The notes below the pieces were generated by a model that made no database searches, was not told the origin of the DNA, and was given only the letters and a program-made list of their open reading frames with translations. From the NCBI GenBank assembly GCA_964016885.1, contig OZ024748.1, forward strand, positions 30,566,001 to 30,630,000: a stretch of DNA of 64,000 nucleotides, read 5' to 3'. The position numbers and the translations under genes are program-made. Origin of the DNA: Eledone cirrhosa. Its lineage: Eukaryota. This document shows, one piece after another, positions 28,393-41,971 of the stretch (positions are counted from its first letter, which is position 1; each line of letters starts with the position of its first letter).

Positions 28393-28997
28393 ATATATAT
28401 AAGTGAAATGCGTTGTGTCATTGTATGTGTATATAAGTGAAATATGTTTTTCCACTACTTAACACTCACACATCCGTATATATGTAGTGGAGACCATTAC
28501 AAAAGATGTGTTGGATTTCAAGAATTTATACTTTATCAGTTTCACCTCCTTTGAATTTGTTAATTCAATATAAAAAAATGCCAAAACGGAAGCATTTTAG
28601 CCTGAGAGATTTCCGCCTGTCTTTCAAGATTTCTGGTAGCTTGCTCTTTCAAAGTTGACTTATGATTAAACAACAACTTTTGGGAAACTCCACATTTCAT
28701 TTTTTTTATTTTCTAGATTTCCAATGGATCTTTTTATAGTAACTATCAGTATTTCTATTAAACTGAGTATATTTTCTCAAAAAAAAAAAAAGGTTAAAAA
28801 ATACATAAATACATTAATATTTGCTATTATGTTTTAATATACTAGTATTATATTTTTTGTGTTATTCTTAATAATTTTGTAGTACACGCAATATTTTCAT
28901 GTTGCCCACAATACATGTTGATGTAATATATATTTGTATTACAGTATTTTGGGTGTTACACAATTTTTGCTTTACAATATAATACATGTTGATGATT

Positions 28998-29190
28998 TAG
29001 GCACAAGACCAACACTTTTAGGGAAGAGGAAAGTCGAATAAATCGACCCCAGTGGGGGACTTTATCGACCCCGTAAGGATGAAAGGCATAGCTAACCTCG
29101 GTGGAATTTGAACTCAGAATATAAAGGGATGTAACTATATTATATGCCGCAAAGCATGTTGTCAGATGTTCTACCGATGCTGCCAATTCA
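28998..29190 (-). mobile_element. tRNA-derived SINE, diverged
   Basis: Reverse complement of the 3121 family. Confidence 0.7.
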
Positions 29191-30116
29191 CCACCCTTGT
29201 TTTACTTACAATATAATACAGTACATGTTGATGTAATACACACAGAGCTGGACCCTGAATATTTAGCACCCTATGACTAGTCATATAATGTATGCCCCAT
29301 TCTCTCAAATAAAATAATTTAAAAATACAGTTTGGTAAGCTGAGGAACCTAGATTTTGACACTTCTTGCTCTGACCACACTTAAGAAATTTACTTGGTCT
29401 GTACTTTCTACTAATCAATCTACACTCAGCCTCTGTAAATCATATGACAGGTCAACATAACACCATACCACCCTCTCCATTCAGGGCCAGTCTTTCACCT
29501 GTGAGGCCCTGAAATTTGAGGGCCTTTACTTAAAAAATTTGGATAAAAAAATTCTAAATAATTTACATGATTATTATTTTTTATATTAATGTTAATGATG
29601 AAGAATAAATAATATTTATTAGCAGCAAAGGATGGTGTGCCAAGAGTATAATGATAAAATAAAAATATATTTTAAACAATGTGACTCTAAGCTATATCTT
29701 ATTTAGTTTATAGGAAAGTCCAGGACTGTCTCCATTGCTTCCAATATTTCCACAATGCTGCAATGTAACAGATGTTTACTGATTTATTTATTGATCTCAG
29801 GAAATTATTATGTATTTAATTTAATCATACAAATTTGTATAAAACAATGAGTTTGATCAATGGAACAGCCTGCTGTGAGCAGTACACAGACACGTGTGTG
29901 TGTGTGTGTGTGTGTATATATACACATATATATATATATATGTGTGTGTTTGTTATGGGAAATTTTAACATTACTTTGATTGGAATTTACCTATTGTATT
30001 AAACTTTGGACTGTTTATTATAAACCTTTCATGTTGTGGATTGTTAAACTACATTGAGCTTTGACCATATACATTGTTGTGTTCTCAACTTATTTGAACT
30101 TTATATATATATATAT

Positions 30117-30835
30117 ATTTATTAAAATAACAGATTAAAGTTTAAGCAAAGAATCGCTGCTTTCACCCTTAACGGGATCTTCTGAAACTAACAAAGTCAA
30201 TCTGTAAACGCAGAAGTGGATATTTCAAAAAACGTTGCAACCGGAGGAAGACAGGAAGACGATACTTTGGTTCGTGGAAACGTTCGCTGGCAAAGAACGG
30301 GAAAAAACGAATAAGATACGTCATTAATAGGAGCGGTGAAAAACAATTACGCGCAAAGACAGAACCACGTTTATGGTATAAAAGTGGTCGTAGACTAATG
30401 TTCTCTTAGGTGGTTCATAGAGACGTTCTCCGTCCGTTCATTGCCAGAGAACGTCTCTATGAACCACCTAAGAGAACATTAGTCTACGATCACTTTTATA
30501 CCATAAACGTGGTTCTGTCTTTGCGCGTAATTGTTTTTCACCGCTCCTATTAATGACGTATCTTATTCGTTTTTTCCCGTTCTTTGCCAGCGAACGTTTC
30601 CACGAACCAAAGTATCGTCTTCCTGTCTTCCTCCGGTTGCAACGTTTTTTGAAATATCCACTTCTGCGTTTACAGATTGACTTTGTTAGTTTCAGAAGAT
30701 CCCATTAAGGGTGAAAGCAGCGATTCTTTGCTTAAACTTTAATCTGTTATTTTAATAAATATTTGCTCTACGGTTCTTATATATTTGATATATATTTATC
30801 CTTATCGAGCCCTCTTTGGATTTTAGTCTTGAAAT

Positions 30836-30840
<5 letters not shown>
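30117..30840. mobile_element. Near-perfect 313-bp fold-back element with variant hammerhead
   Basis: Arms 30117-30430 and 30448-30760 differ at about 2 positions; right arm has a further tail; diverged single copy at 62832-63100. Confidence 0.8.
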
Positions 30841-30889
<49 letters not shown>

Positions 30890-31685
30890 ATAGAGGCGGT
30901 AAAAACCAGTTCGACCATTACTCACCAGAGTACTTGATACTTGGGCTAGTAGAGTGGGTAATATGAAAAAATTCAGGACCTTGATGGCCGAGCTGCCATT
31001 TCAACAGCTAGATCCCAAGTGTTGAAATGGCTGGAGCTTAGCTGTTGGAGTCCTGGATTTTCTCATATATATATATATATATATACACGCACACACACAC
31101 ACAGACACACACACATATGTGACCCATTACCGTGAGGCTGGAGGAACCAAATGACCATGCTAGCATGGAAGGTGGATATTAAATGACAATGATGATGATA
31201 TATAATATATGTGTGTGTATATGTGTACACACACGCGCACATGATGATAATGATAGTTCTTGTTCCAATTCCACTGTGGGCAAATGTCTTCTACCCATGC
31301 AGGTTTAACTGACCTATGAGGTTCCACCTCATAAGAGGTTTCTCAAATGCTAGGGACCCAGTCCTATCATGAAAATCAATATGAAATGAAGCATCTTGCT
31401 GAAGAATATAACAACATGCTGCCTGGTCCAATAATGAAACCCATGATCTCAGTATGGGATCTATCTATTCTGAACACCGTATTGCACCTATAAGTATAAA
31501 ATAATTGTGTAGAATATATATTCTATATATATTTTATATTCTTCTAAGGTCATGCCTCTCTCGTTAACTTAATGAACCTGACAGCACAATTATAGTTATT
31601 GTGACCTTGTTTAATGACTATTTTTACTGTGACATCATCCTCACATGCTCTTCTGAAATTAAATTGTTTATAATCTACTACTTAG

Positions 31686-31800
31686 ATACATCATCATCAT
31701 CACTAACGTTGTCACCATCATCATCACTAACGTCACCATCATCATCACTAACGTCACCACCATCATCATCACTAACGTCACCATCATCATCACTAACATT
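31686..31800. repeat. (CAT)n-derived minisatellite
   Basis: About 5 units of catcatcatcactaacgtcac, 21-24 nt each. Confidence 0.85.
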
Positions 31801-31811
31801 GTCTGAAGGGC

Positions 31812-32275
31812 TGGGGATTGTCAGTATTGGTAGAAGGTCGGATGCCATACTTTGCAGCATAGAATTACGTCCCTTTATGGTCTGAGTTCAAATCCTGCCA
31901 AGGTTCACTTTGCCTTTTATCCTTACGGGGTCGATAAAATAAAGTACCAGTAACGGACTGGGATAATTGCTGGCCTTGTGCCAAAAGTAGAAACAATTGT
32001 TGTTGTTCACCTTCTTCTTCTTCTATCATATGAAATGTATTACAGCATTTAGGGTGTGGATTGGCAGTATCGGTAGAACATCGGACACCATGCTTCGTGG
32101 CATAGAGTTATGGCCCTTTACGTTCTGAGTTCAAATCCCGCTGAGGTTAACTTTGTCTTTCATCCTTACAAGGTTGATAAAATAAAGCACCAGTAATGCA
32201 CTGGGGTCGATTTAATCGACTTTCCCTTCTCCCAAAAATTGTTTGCCTTGCACCTAAATCAGAAACCATTACTAT
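31812..32275 (+). mobile_element. Two tRNA-derived SINE copies
   Basis: 31812-31999 and 32052-32275 match the 3121 family. Confidence 0.8.
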
Positions 32276-32759
32276 TGTTATTATATCCAAACAACTCACC
32301 TGATCAATCAACTCACCTGTTTGAATTACTTTCAAGTTACATTCCAATAAAGATATGTGTCATTTACATACTTTCTCTCTTTCTATATCTCTCCTCACTC
32401 TTTCTTTCATTCATACACTTACATTCACTCCATCTTTCCCCCTCACTCAATCATTCATTATCTCTTTCTCAGCCAGTCATTCTCACATCCACACCCATAC
32501 ATAACAAGATACCACCTCCACAAATATATCTTTTGTCCTTCCTTTTCTATTATAGCTAGAGTACAGAACATTCTCCAATCATAATACATGTTATGCCAGG
32601 CAAGAAAGCAATGCTATATACTATAGAATTGTATCTCATTGTATCGCAATGCCTCAAATACACAATAGTATTACATCTCATATTTTAGCACTGCTACCAA
32701 CACACCGTAGATCCTTATAGTATAGTTACTAAGATTAGATTCTTGCTCTAGCTGGGGTT

Positions 32760-33050
32760 TCTGTGTCTCTTTTTCACACTTCTCTGTCCATCATTGTCAT
32801 CTTCAGGTCCTGGATAGCTTCCAGGCCAGTATCTTACTTCAAGTTGTCAATGTATGTGATATGACGTCCACCACATTTTCTACAGTGTGCTGTGGATCCC
32901 ACAAGATCAGCTTTGATGCTTCCTCTTCTAGATGTTAGGCTCAATGTCTTGATAAATGGAGTCAACATTTTCTGATTTTCTCACTTATTCTTGATGAAGT
33001 TTCCATACATACAAGCATCTGTTTGCCATGTGTTGCTGCTGTTATTTCAC
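32760..33050 (-). mobile_element. Old RTE-group LINE C-terminal remnant
   Basis: Minus strand EEASKLILWDPQH..GRHITYIDNLK*DTGLEAIQD, similar to the end of 48160-48935. Confidence 0.55.
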
Positions 33051-33394
33051 ATCATGGTCCACATATGTCCTTGTCTCACTGTCATACAGGTGACATTACG
33101 AAACTGAAGCCTATATCAATAAAACACTTGAGAATTCTCATATGCGGTGTTATGCCATAGGAAGTTTGCTGAACCATTGCAGGTGGGAGCCATACCCCCC
33201 CCCCCAAAAAAAAATAATCATTATTTAATACAGAAGTGGTGCCATATCTGTCTGTAGTTTCATCATGCTCTAATTAATATTGAGGAAACAGTCAAGTGGT
33301 AAGACGAACTAGATTAGTAGTATAGTAAGTACGGTTGTGTGTGTTGTGTGTGTAATGTAAAGAAACAACCAATTGTTAGATAAACTTCATTTAA

Positions 33395-33596
33395 CCCGTT
33401 CATTACCATATTTCTAAAAAAAAAGTCCTTAATTATAAATAATTTTGAAAATAATTAAGAATTTGAAAGGATTTAGCAATAGTTTTTACATAAAATTATG
33501 ATGAAAGATTTTTAGATATAAACATTTAAAAAATAGTCTTGTATTATAGAGGAGTATTAGGAACAGTTTCAAAGAGGTTGGTTGGTATCAAATGGG
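33395..33596. mobile_element. piggyBac-type MITE
   Basis: TTAA|CCCGTTCATTACCA...TGGTATCAAATGGG|TTAA; a related copy lies at about 60235-60471. Confidence 0.7.
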
Positions 33597-34045
33597 TTAA
33601 TTTATCTGGTACACCACCTGGTACACCAGAAAAAAGAAAAAGAAAAAAGTGTTATTGATTGGTATGTGGGTGAGTAGTTGTCAGTGTTTAATCATCTGGT
33701 CATCTCTGTGTCTGCTTTTGACACTATGGACATCTAACCTAAAGTCGTTAGCATGTTAAACTCGATTATGAGTGACAGCTCTTCTTGTGGACAAATTACT
33801 AGAAGTAACTAAACCTTACCCGTGTGTATGTATATATACATATATATATTGGGAGAGGAAATAGTATATATTTTATCTTGTGATTCTATAGACATGTTTT
33901 ATGATATATATATATATATATATATAAACATTTTAAAATTGATCACAAAATGCGCATCACACATGAATAAACATAATGATGCTATATTGATACCTTGTTC
34001 CTACTCATTATTATTAGGTGAATTGCAGTGGATCACAGTGGATAG

Positions 34046-34570
34046 GCGGTGGATTGGCAGTATAGGTAGAGGGTCGGACGCCATGCTTTCCAGCATAGTT
34101 ACGTCCCTTTACGAACTGAGTTCAAATCCCGCCGAGGTTGACTTTGCCTTTCATCCTTAAGGGGTCGATAAAATAAAGTACCAGTAATGCACTGGGTAAA
34201 TGCTGGCCTTGTGCCTAAAGTAGAAACAATTATTATTAGGTGAATTGCCATTCTGAGTTCAAATCCCGCCGAGGTTAACTTTGCCTTTCATCCTTACGGG
34301 GTCGATAAAATAATGTACCAGTAATACACTGGGATAATTGCTGGCCTTGTGCCAAAAGTAGAAACAATTATTATTAGGTGAATTGGCAGTATCGGTAGAG
34401 GGTCGGACGCCATGCTTTCTAGCATAGAGTTACGGTCCTTGCTATTCTGAGTTCAAATCCCGCCGAGGTTAATTTTGCCTTTCATCCTTACGGAGTCAAT
34501 AAAATAAAGTACCAATAATGTACTGGGTAATTGCTGGCCTTGTGCCAATAGTAGGAACAATTATTATTAT
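34046..34570 (+). mobile_element. Tandem array of three SINE units
   Basis: Three B boxes and central domains joined by attattattaggtgaattg. Confidence 0.85.
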
Positions 34571-35576
34571 TAACACCCTGCTTCTTAAGATTACCAACTA
34601 TGGTGCACTACTGAAAGTATAACTGGACCCACATAGGCATTGAGTGCTCAAACTGGTGAACCAATAGTAACTTAACATTACTCACCAATAAACTATATAT
34701 ATTCATGGGACTGCCTAATACCAACATAAGAGCTTTTTTTTGCAGGCAGTCCCTGAATCGAATGTTCAATTTTATATTTCCTTTTCCCTATCTTCCTTTA
34801 TATGTTTGGGTTTAACGTCATCCTGTTAAGTAATCTTGTGGATAACGCCTGATCAGATCGTCCTGTCTTGCATCATATTTGGGTGATGGAGCTGGGCCAT
34901 TGAACTATGTATAGTGATTTCGGGGAATTAAAATTCTAATGCAAATTTTCCAGTCCAGTCTTCTGTGTTGGTATATATCATCGACATCATCATCATCGTT
35001 TAACATCTATCTTCCACGCTAGCATGGGTTAGATGGGAATTGTCCCACTTGAGGCAAGATTGATCGAGTGACCGTGCCTCGCTCGTATAGGACATACATA
35101 TATATATGAATGTTGCGTCGCAAATTCAAGAATTGCCACTATCTGATGCTCCTCTCAAAACATTGGTGGCATGAATATGACTATGTAGCCCTGCCAAGGA
35201 TTTACATTCTTTTTTTGCATATGCTGCACTGACAAACATTAATGCCATTTTGGTTTGTTGTTTTGTTTTGGGGAGTTTTCAAATGACGTTGGGGTCCACT
35301 GGACGAGGCACATTGTTTTCCACACTTCCAACAGGAAGAAATGCCAAAGAGACCATAATTGGCAACATACTATACATGGCTTGACTGATGACTTCTAAGA
35401 CCACCTTTACTGGGACAAATTTGGTTGCACTCATTGCACATAAAGCCATTTTGAGGATCTGAAAATCCAGGTAATGTAGACCCTTATGCAGAACCCGCTT
35501 TAATTTTTCATACTCCACACAAGATATATAAATATATATATAATATGGTGGTAGTAGAGAACACTATCAGGTGGCT

Positions 35577-37797
35577 AGGAGAGAAGCTAGGAGACAAGTA
35601 TACTTTGCAAAAAGGGAAGCAGAGGATAGAAAGTTTAAGCATATTCTACAACATGAGGACCAAAAACGTGAGGTGTTCAGGATTGCGAGACAATGTGTTA
35701 AGGAAAATTGTGATATTGTCGGGGAGAAGTGTGTCTGTAATGATGATGGTATGCTTGCCCACACTGATACTGATGAGAAGATAGTTTGGAAGTGTCACTA
35801 CGAGAGACTACTAAATGTGGAGAATGAATGGAATAAAGATAGTCTGCCTCAAATTGACCAACAGAGGGACTTGCTGTGCAAGTTAATGGTAGTATAGTAA
35901 GTAAGGCAATCAAAAATATGAAGACAGGCAAGGCAGCTGGGCCGTCGGAAATAGTTGCTGAAATGTTATCTGGAATGGTAGGACATACTATGGTCACCCG
36001 GATAGTAAACCAAGTAATACAGAACGGGGTCATACCAAATGACTGGTGTAGCATGATCATCGACAACTGTTACAAGAGCAAAGGAGACACTCTAGATAGA
36101 GGAAACTATAGAGGCATTAAGTTAGTTGACCAGGTCATGAAGGTCACAGAAAGAGTTATTACACAACTGATTAGAGACCGAATTGATCTTGATGAAATGC
36201 AGTTTGGGTTTGTGCCAGGTAAAAGTACCATGGATGCTCTTTTCCTTGTACGGCAACTACAGGAGAAGTACCTAGCTAAAAGTAAACCCCTCTACTTAGC
36301 TTTTGTTGACTTGGAGAAACCCTTTGACAGAGTCTCCTGCTTCATTATCTGGTGGGCTTTTAGAAAACCAGGAATAGATAAGGGTCTTTGTGAGAGCTAT
36401 ACAAGCCATGTATAGAGGAACAGTCAGCAAGGTTAGAATTAACAATGAATATAGTGAAAAATTTAGAGTAAAAGTAGGTGTTCACTAAGGCTTTCTCCTT
36501 AGACCTCTACTGTTTATTATTGTCCTACAGGCTATGGCTGAACTAGAGAAGAAATTCCAAACATGGAAGCATGGCCTAGAATCTAAAGGCCTTAAAGTTA
36601 ACTTGTCTAAGACTAAAGTTCTAGTATGTAGAAAGGAGAATAGGACACAGGTTCCCTAAGGGAAATGTCCATGCTCAGTGTATAAGAAAGGAGTAGGTAG
36701 AAATTCCATTCTATGCCCCAAATGCAAAATATGGGTACATAAAAGATGTAGTGGGATCACAGGTAAACTATCTAAGAATGTAGATTTTATATGTGGCCAA
36801 TGCTCAGGTGCAGTAAGTAGCAAGTGCCCTACTGGCTACTAACTCATTCGATTGCCCAGATGGTTCTTTAGAAATAGTAAATACTTTCTGTTACCTGGGT
36901 GACAAATTCAGCAGTGGAGGAGGGTGTTCTGAAAGTACAGTAGCCAAAGTTAGAATGGGATAGAAAAAGTTCAGAGAGCTAATACCGCTGTTAGCCACAT
37001 AGGGTTTTTCTCTAAGAATGAAAGGCAGATTGTATGATGCTTGTATATGAATGGCAATGTTACATGGTAGGGAGAGCTGGGCGTTGTGTGCAGAAGAGTT
37101 CTGTAGATTAGAAAGAAACAAAGTTTGCATACTCTGATGTACACGAACGGCAAAGCATAAACGAATTGAGAGAGAGACTAAGCATAAGATGAATCAAATG
37201 TTGCGTGCAGGAGAGGAGATTGTGTTGGTATGGACATGTGATGAATATAAAGAGTAACAGCTGTATAAAAAAGTGCAGAGCGATCAAAATTGATGGAAGC
37301 TATGGAGTGGGCAGAACAAGAAAAACCTGGGACGAAGTGATAAAAATTGACCTTGCTCACTTACACCTCTCTAAGACAATGTCACTGGATCAAGATCTTT
37401 AGCGCTATGCAGTTATTCAGAAAACTTACCTTCCCTTACATACAAACTTAAACTTACAGTCAGTAGGCACCTCTTAACCCAATATACACCCTACCCCACA
37501 CACCCTACTCCATCCTCCCACTTCGTCCACTGTAAAGTGGTTGCGTAGGTGACACAATGAAAAGCACCCAGTCCACACTGTAAAGTGGTCGTGTAGGAGA
37601 CACAGTAAAAAGTCTCCCAGTCCACACTGTAAATGTGGTTGGTGTTAGGAAGGGCATCCAGCAGTAGAAAACCTGCCAGAAAGAGTTTTGTACGAGCGAG
37701 ACACAGTCACCTGACCAATGTTGCCTCAAGTGGGACAAACCCGTCCAACCCATGGTAGCGTAGAAGTTGGGTATTAAACAATGATGATGATGATGAT
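35577..37797 (+). mobile_element. Decayed RTE LINE (long 3' UTR subfamily)
   Basis: GKAAGPSEI, NYRGIKL, QFGFVPG, AFVDLEK.FD, PHD-like finger, RRLCWYGHV; stops and an internal deletion near 36538; (GAT)n tail. Confidence 0.88.
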
Positions 37798-37959
37798 ATA
37801 TGATATCCAAGACTTGCAATCTCTGTCTGAATGAAAAATTTACCATTATATCTAATTTAGATTCTATAATAAATAGACGCACTGACTTGTTTTCTATCTG
37901 CTTGCATAAATTCCACAGAACTTTCCATAAAGTATACAGCTAATATCCTAAACTTTATC

Positions 37960-39008
37960 AATTCAGAATCCTTTTCTCAAAGGCACATATATATATATAC
38001 TTCTTTAAAAATATACCTATCTTTCTACCTTATTTCAAAGATATTTATCATATTCTATATCATTCCTATTCATCACTTCTCTTTCTTCCTTTTCCTTTTC
38101 TTTTCTTTTGCTTTTTCTTTTAATTTCTAACCCCTAATCTGTACCTTTTCTCACTGTGCCTAACATAGAAACAATTATTACACATACACTATATTCTTAC
38201 TTTATATCACCTTGAAAAAATCCTTCGTAAACATAAACATTTTTTTTGACGTTAGATTATTCATCCTCTATTCATAATTTTTTTCTCACTTTCATCTAAC
38301 TTATTCATGCTCATCTCACAATATATCCTTACTTACATTACTTCTGTGTTTTTTTTTTTAATAATACATATCAACATTTTCTTTCCATCGCACATATTAT
38401 TAAACCCTTAAAATTATTCTTAATACATATTAACATTTTCTTTCCATCGCACATATTATTAAACCCTTAAATATTATTCTTAATACATATTAACAATTTC
38501 TTTTCATCGCACATATTAAACCCTTCAATATACAAACCTTAACTTTACATTATTTTTCTCTTCGTTAATTTTCAAATTCTTTTAATTTATACATTATCTT
38601 CCAACGGTTTTTCAACCTCTCTATGTAAAATAATATATTTTTCTCAGTTATAAAAGCTATCTCTCTCTCTATCAGCCATCTCTCTCTCTCTATCAGCCAT
38701 CTCTCCTCCTATCTCATCCTTCCTCATTATACTCCTCCCCCTCCACTTTTTACTCTCACCTCCTCCTCTTTTTCATCCTTTCCAACCTCCCTCCCCTCAA
38801 AAAAATTTTTTTCCCCAATATCACACATCAATCTAAAACTACTTTTCATATGTTGATTTAAAACTGCACTATCCACAAGTGTTTTTAACCTTCATATCAT
38901 GTCCTCCTATTTTATCTGATGAAAACACAAATGTTATTGCATGATGATATTTGTTTTTGAAATGCGCATAATAAAATACATGGAACTCATTTAACCATCT
39001 TTTGATCT

Positions 39009-39012
<4 letters not shown>
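37960..39012 (+). mobile_element. Penelope-like pLTR-type element (8403-10022 family)
   Basis: Colinear with 8830-9932. Confidence 0.75.
38908..38978 (+). ncRNA. Minimal type I hammerhead ribozyme
   Basis: tattttat-CTGATGA (38916-38922)-stem II-GAAA (38959-38962)-tgcgcATA-ataaaata; 8-bp stem I. Confidence 0.82.
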
Positions 39013-39045
<33 letters not shown>

Positions 39046-39095
39046 AGTATGTATGTATACGTACATACATATATGTATACAGACGTACAGTAGCA

Positions 39096-39147
<52 letters not shown>

Positions 39148-39285
39148 CATATATGCACGCATCAGTTTAGCGGACGCTTATTATAACGCCGCTTTGTTCG
39201 TTTGTAAACAAACTGAACAGCCTGAATTTATGCCATACGGTGTTAAGGCAACCACGTCACCTTTTTGTTCAACACTGACACAGGA

Positions 39286-39328
39286 ACGATGTACTAGTTT
39301 CAAGCTTGTTAGCTATCATCAGCACCGT
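39286..39328 (-). ncRNA. Minimal type I hammerhead ribozyme
   Basis: Minus strand: acggtg-CTGATGA-tagct-aaca-agctt-GAAA-ctaGTA-catcgt. Confidence 0.85.
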
Positions 39329-39681
39329 ATACCCATCTGCCAGATAGTTGAACGTTCGAAAGTATATACTTTCCTTATGAAAATTAACGGCTGAGCAGCC
39401 TAATTTGCATATTGAGTGAGTTAAATCGGTCAGGCATACCGAAAACGATAAGTTGAAATAAAATGAAAACGAAATTTCATTTCTCACTCTTAGTATGGCT
39501 CTTACTTAAATGTAAGTATGTATGTATACGTACATACATATATGTATACAGACGTACAGTAGCATGCATATATATATATATATATATACATGCAGGTACA
39601 CATACATATATGCACGCATCAGTTTAGCGGACGCTTATTATAACGCCGCTTTGTTCGTTTGTATGGGTATACGATGGGTAT

Positions 39682-39724
39682 ACGGTGCTGATGATAGCTA
39701 ATAAGCTTGAAACTAGTACATCGT
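39682..39724 (+). ncRNA. Minimal type I hammerhead ribozyme
   Basis: acggtg-CTGATGA-tagct-aata-agctt-GAAA-ctaGTA-catcgt; palindromic ACTAGT stem III. Confidence 0.85.
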
Positions 39725-39908
39725 TCCTGTGTCAGTGTTGAACAAAAAGGTGACGTGGTTGCCTTAACACCGTATGGCATAAATTCAGGCTGTTCAGTTT
39801 GTTTACAAACGAACAAAGCGGCGTTATAATAAGCGTCCGCTAAACTGATGCGTGCATATATGTATTTGTACCTGTATGTATATATATATATATATGTATA
39901 TGTACCTG

Positions 39909-39968
<60 letters not shown>

Positions 39969-40080
39969 TGCTACTGTACGTCTGTATACATATATGTATG
40001 TACGTATACATACATACTTACATTTAAGTAAGTGCCATACTAAGAGTGAGAAATGAAATTTCGTTTTCATTTTATTTCAA

Positions 40081-40147
<67 letters not shown>

Positions 40148-40163
40148 TCTTACATATATATAT

Positions 40164-40246
40164 ACTCCAACTAATTAGTTTCTGAAAGGGAATAAAAATA
40201 CTTTCCGAAGAAGTGTACGGAGAAGCCTTTCGTCATCAGGGAAGTC
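40164..40246 (-). ncRNA. Type I hammerhead ribozyme
   Basis: Minus strand: acttcc-CTGATGA-cgaaagg..cctttca-GAAA-ctaattaGTT-ggagt. Confidence 0.65.
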
Positions 40247-40763
40247 TATTCTCAGCTAAGTTTCCAGGCAATACGTGGACACAGGGAACTTATACAAAAA
40301 TAATTCAGTGGATGGAAAAAAGCAAAGCGTGGACTAAATTCCAAGCCATTGAGAAAATCACTGCCTACTGCATCGGTTGCAAATTCAAAAGAATCAATCA
40401 CGTGACATCGAGGTCAATCAGTGGAGAGTGGTTTGTTAAGAAGACAGCAGCCGGACTGTTACTACAGTAGCAGTTTTGGCCAATTTTTGCTTGACAAATA
40501 ATTTGGAGATAATTATAAAGAATTAATATATCTAGTAACATATATATACATGGCTGCTGTCTTCTTAACAAACCACTCTCCACTGATTGACCTCGATGTC
40601 ACGTGATTGATTCTTTTGAATTTGCCACCGACGCAGTAGGCAGTGATTTTCTCAATGGCTTGGAATTTAGTCCACGCTTTGCTTTTTTCCATCCACTGAA
40701 TTATAATTATTTTTGTATAAGTTCCCTGTGTCCACGTATTACCTGGAAACTTAGCTGAGAATA

Positions 40764-40846
40764 GACTTCCCTGATGACAAAAGGCTTCTCCGTACACTTC
40801 TTCGGAAAGTATGTTTATTCCCTTTCAGAAACTAATTAGTTGGAGT
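40764..40846 (+). ncRNA. Type I hammerhead ribozyme
   Basis: CTGATGA 40771-40777, GAAA 40828-40831, palindromic actaattagt stem III. Confidence 0.62.
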
Positions 40847-41137
40847 GAAATTTTAGTAAGTAAGTTAATTTTATAATTTTCTTATTTTACGTCTCTCATA
40901 TTATTGTTCTGCATTCCCATGCATTGAACCACAAAGTTACTAAGACAAAACCTATATATTTGCTAGCATAAGTATGCATCTGTGTATATATATGTTACTA
41001 GATATATTAATTCTTTATATATATATAATGAAGGAAATGTGGTACGGAACCAGATGGACCATAACGCACCAAAGTACTCAATACTTAGGGTAGTAGAGTG
41101 TGTAATATATACATATATATATATTCTTATACATATA

Positions 41138-41174
<37 letters not shown>

Positions 41175-41219
41175 TCTTATACATATATATATATATATAT
41201 ATATACTTATATATATATT

Positions 41220-41278
<59 letters not shown>

Positions 41279-41680
41279 ATATATTCTTACATATATATAT
41301 ACATATATAAAAATTAGAATAGGTGCTCTGAAATAACGATATATGTATGAATGTATATATAGTGTATTTTGCAATACACTGTATGCTTAATTAAAAGCAT
41401 TTCGAAGACCTTACGCTATTGTTTTAGAGTAGTGACAGTCTCACTTACTTTAAATTTTCAGCAAACAGGGGAAGATAAAGCTGACAGAGCTCTGTTTCGT
41501 ACTTTTTGGTACTTATCAAAGCTAAGATTTACAAATAAATTTAAGGTAAAAGACTAACTGTCAGCGCTATCTTTTGCATTTGTATTTATATTGTATATCC
41601 ATACCTGCATTGTTCTGGCCTTCTAACCTCAAACGTTTATACCTCACTACGCACTGCTTCAAGTAAACTACCATTTCCTT

Positions 41681-41716
<36 letters not shown>

Positions 41717-41888
41717 ATATATATATATACACAAACACACACTCAGTATTTGGTGTATATTTACAATTTCTACAACAGTTTTGATAACAAATCTTTAAAA
41801 TTATAATCCTGAAAAGATGATGTTTACTTACCCAAGACATTTTTGACATTAAATTAAAATGTTTTTGTTTTACTTTTGTAAATTACAG

Positions 41889-41971
41889 GTAGTATTGAAT
41901 CTGAGCCAGACATCTACTCTGGTGTACTGGTCAACAAGATTATATTGAACAAAAACACAGATGAGCAACTG
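41889..41971 (+). CDS. ATP13A3: P5B-type ATPase N-terminal exon (SIESEPDIYSGVLVNKIILNKNTDEQL)
   Basis: Pyrimidine tract then ttacag acceptor and gtaagt donor. Phase-0 join to ECIGY gives LNKNTDEQLECIGY, resembling the segment before the conserved GY of ATP13A3-type proteins. Confidence 0.75.

Larger units (their letters stand above)
39043..40084. mobile_element. Complex fold-back element carrying two hammerheads
   Basis: 39150-39335 is inverted at 39675-39862; 39450-39570 is inverted at 39963-40084; 39510-39662 directly repeats 39043-39205. Confidence 0.75.
40164..41015. mobile_element. 290-bp fold-back element with a hammerhead in each arm
   Basis: Arms 40164-40452 and 40552-40846; right arm continues to about 41015; the spacer holds an inverted copy of 40983-41016. 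Confidence 0.8.

Noticed and set aside
30117-30760. Long inverted repeats as DNA-transposon TIRs
   Set aside because: A single-arm copy exists at 62832, the arms are asymmetric and carry a ribozyme-like motif, and there is no transposase or clear TSD.
31678-31860. Asp-rich ORF (SDDDGDV)n
   Set aside because: A (CAT)n-derived minisatellite fused to an antisense SINE.
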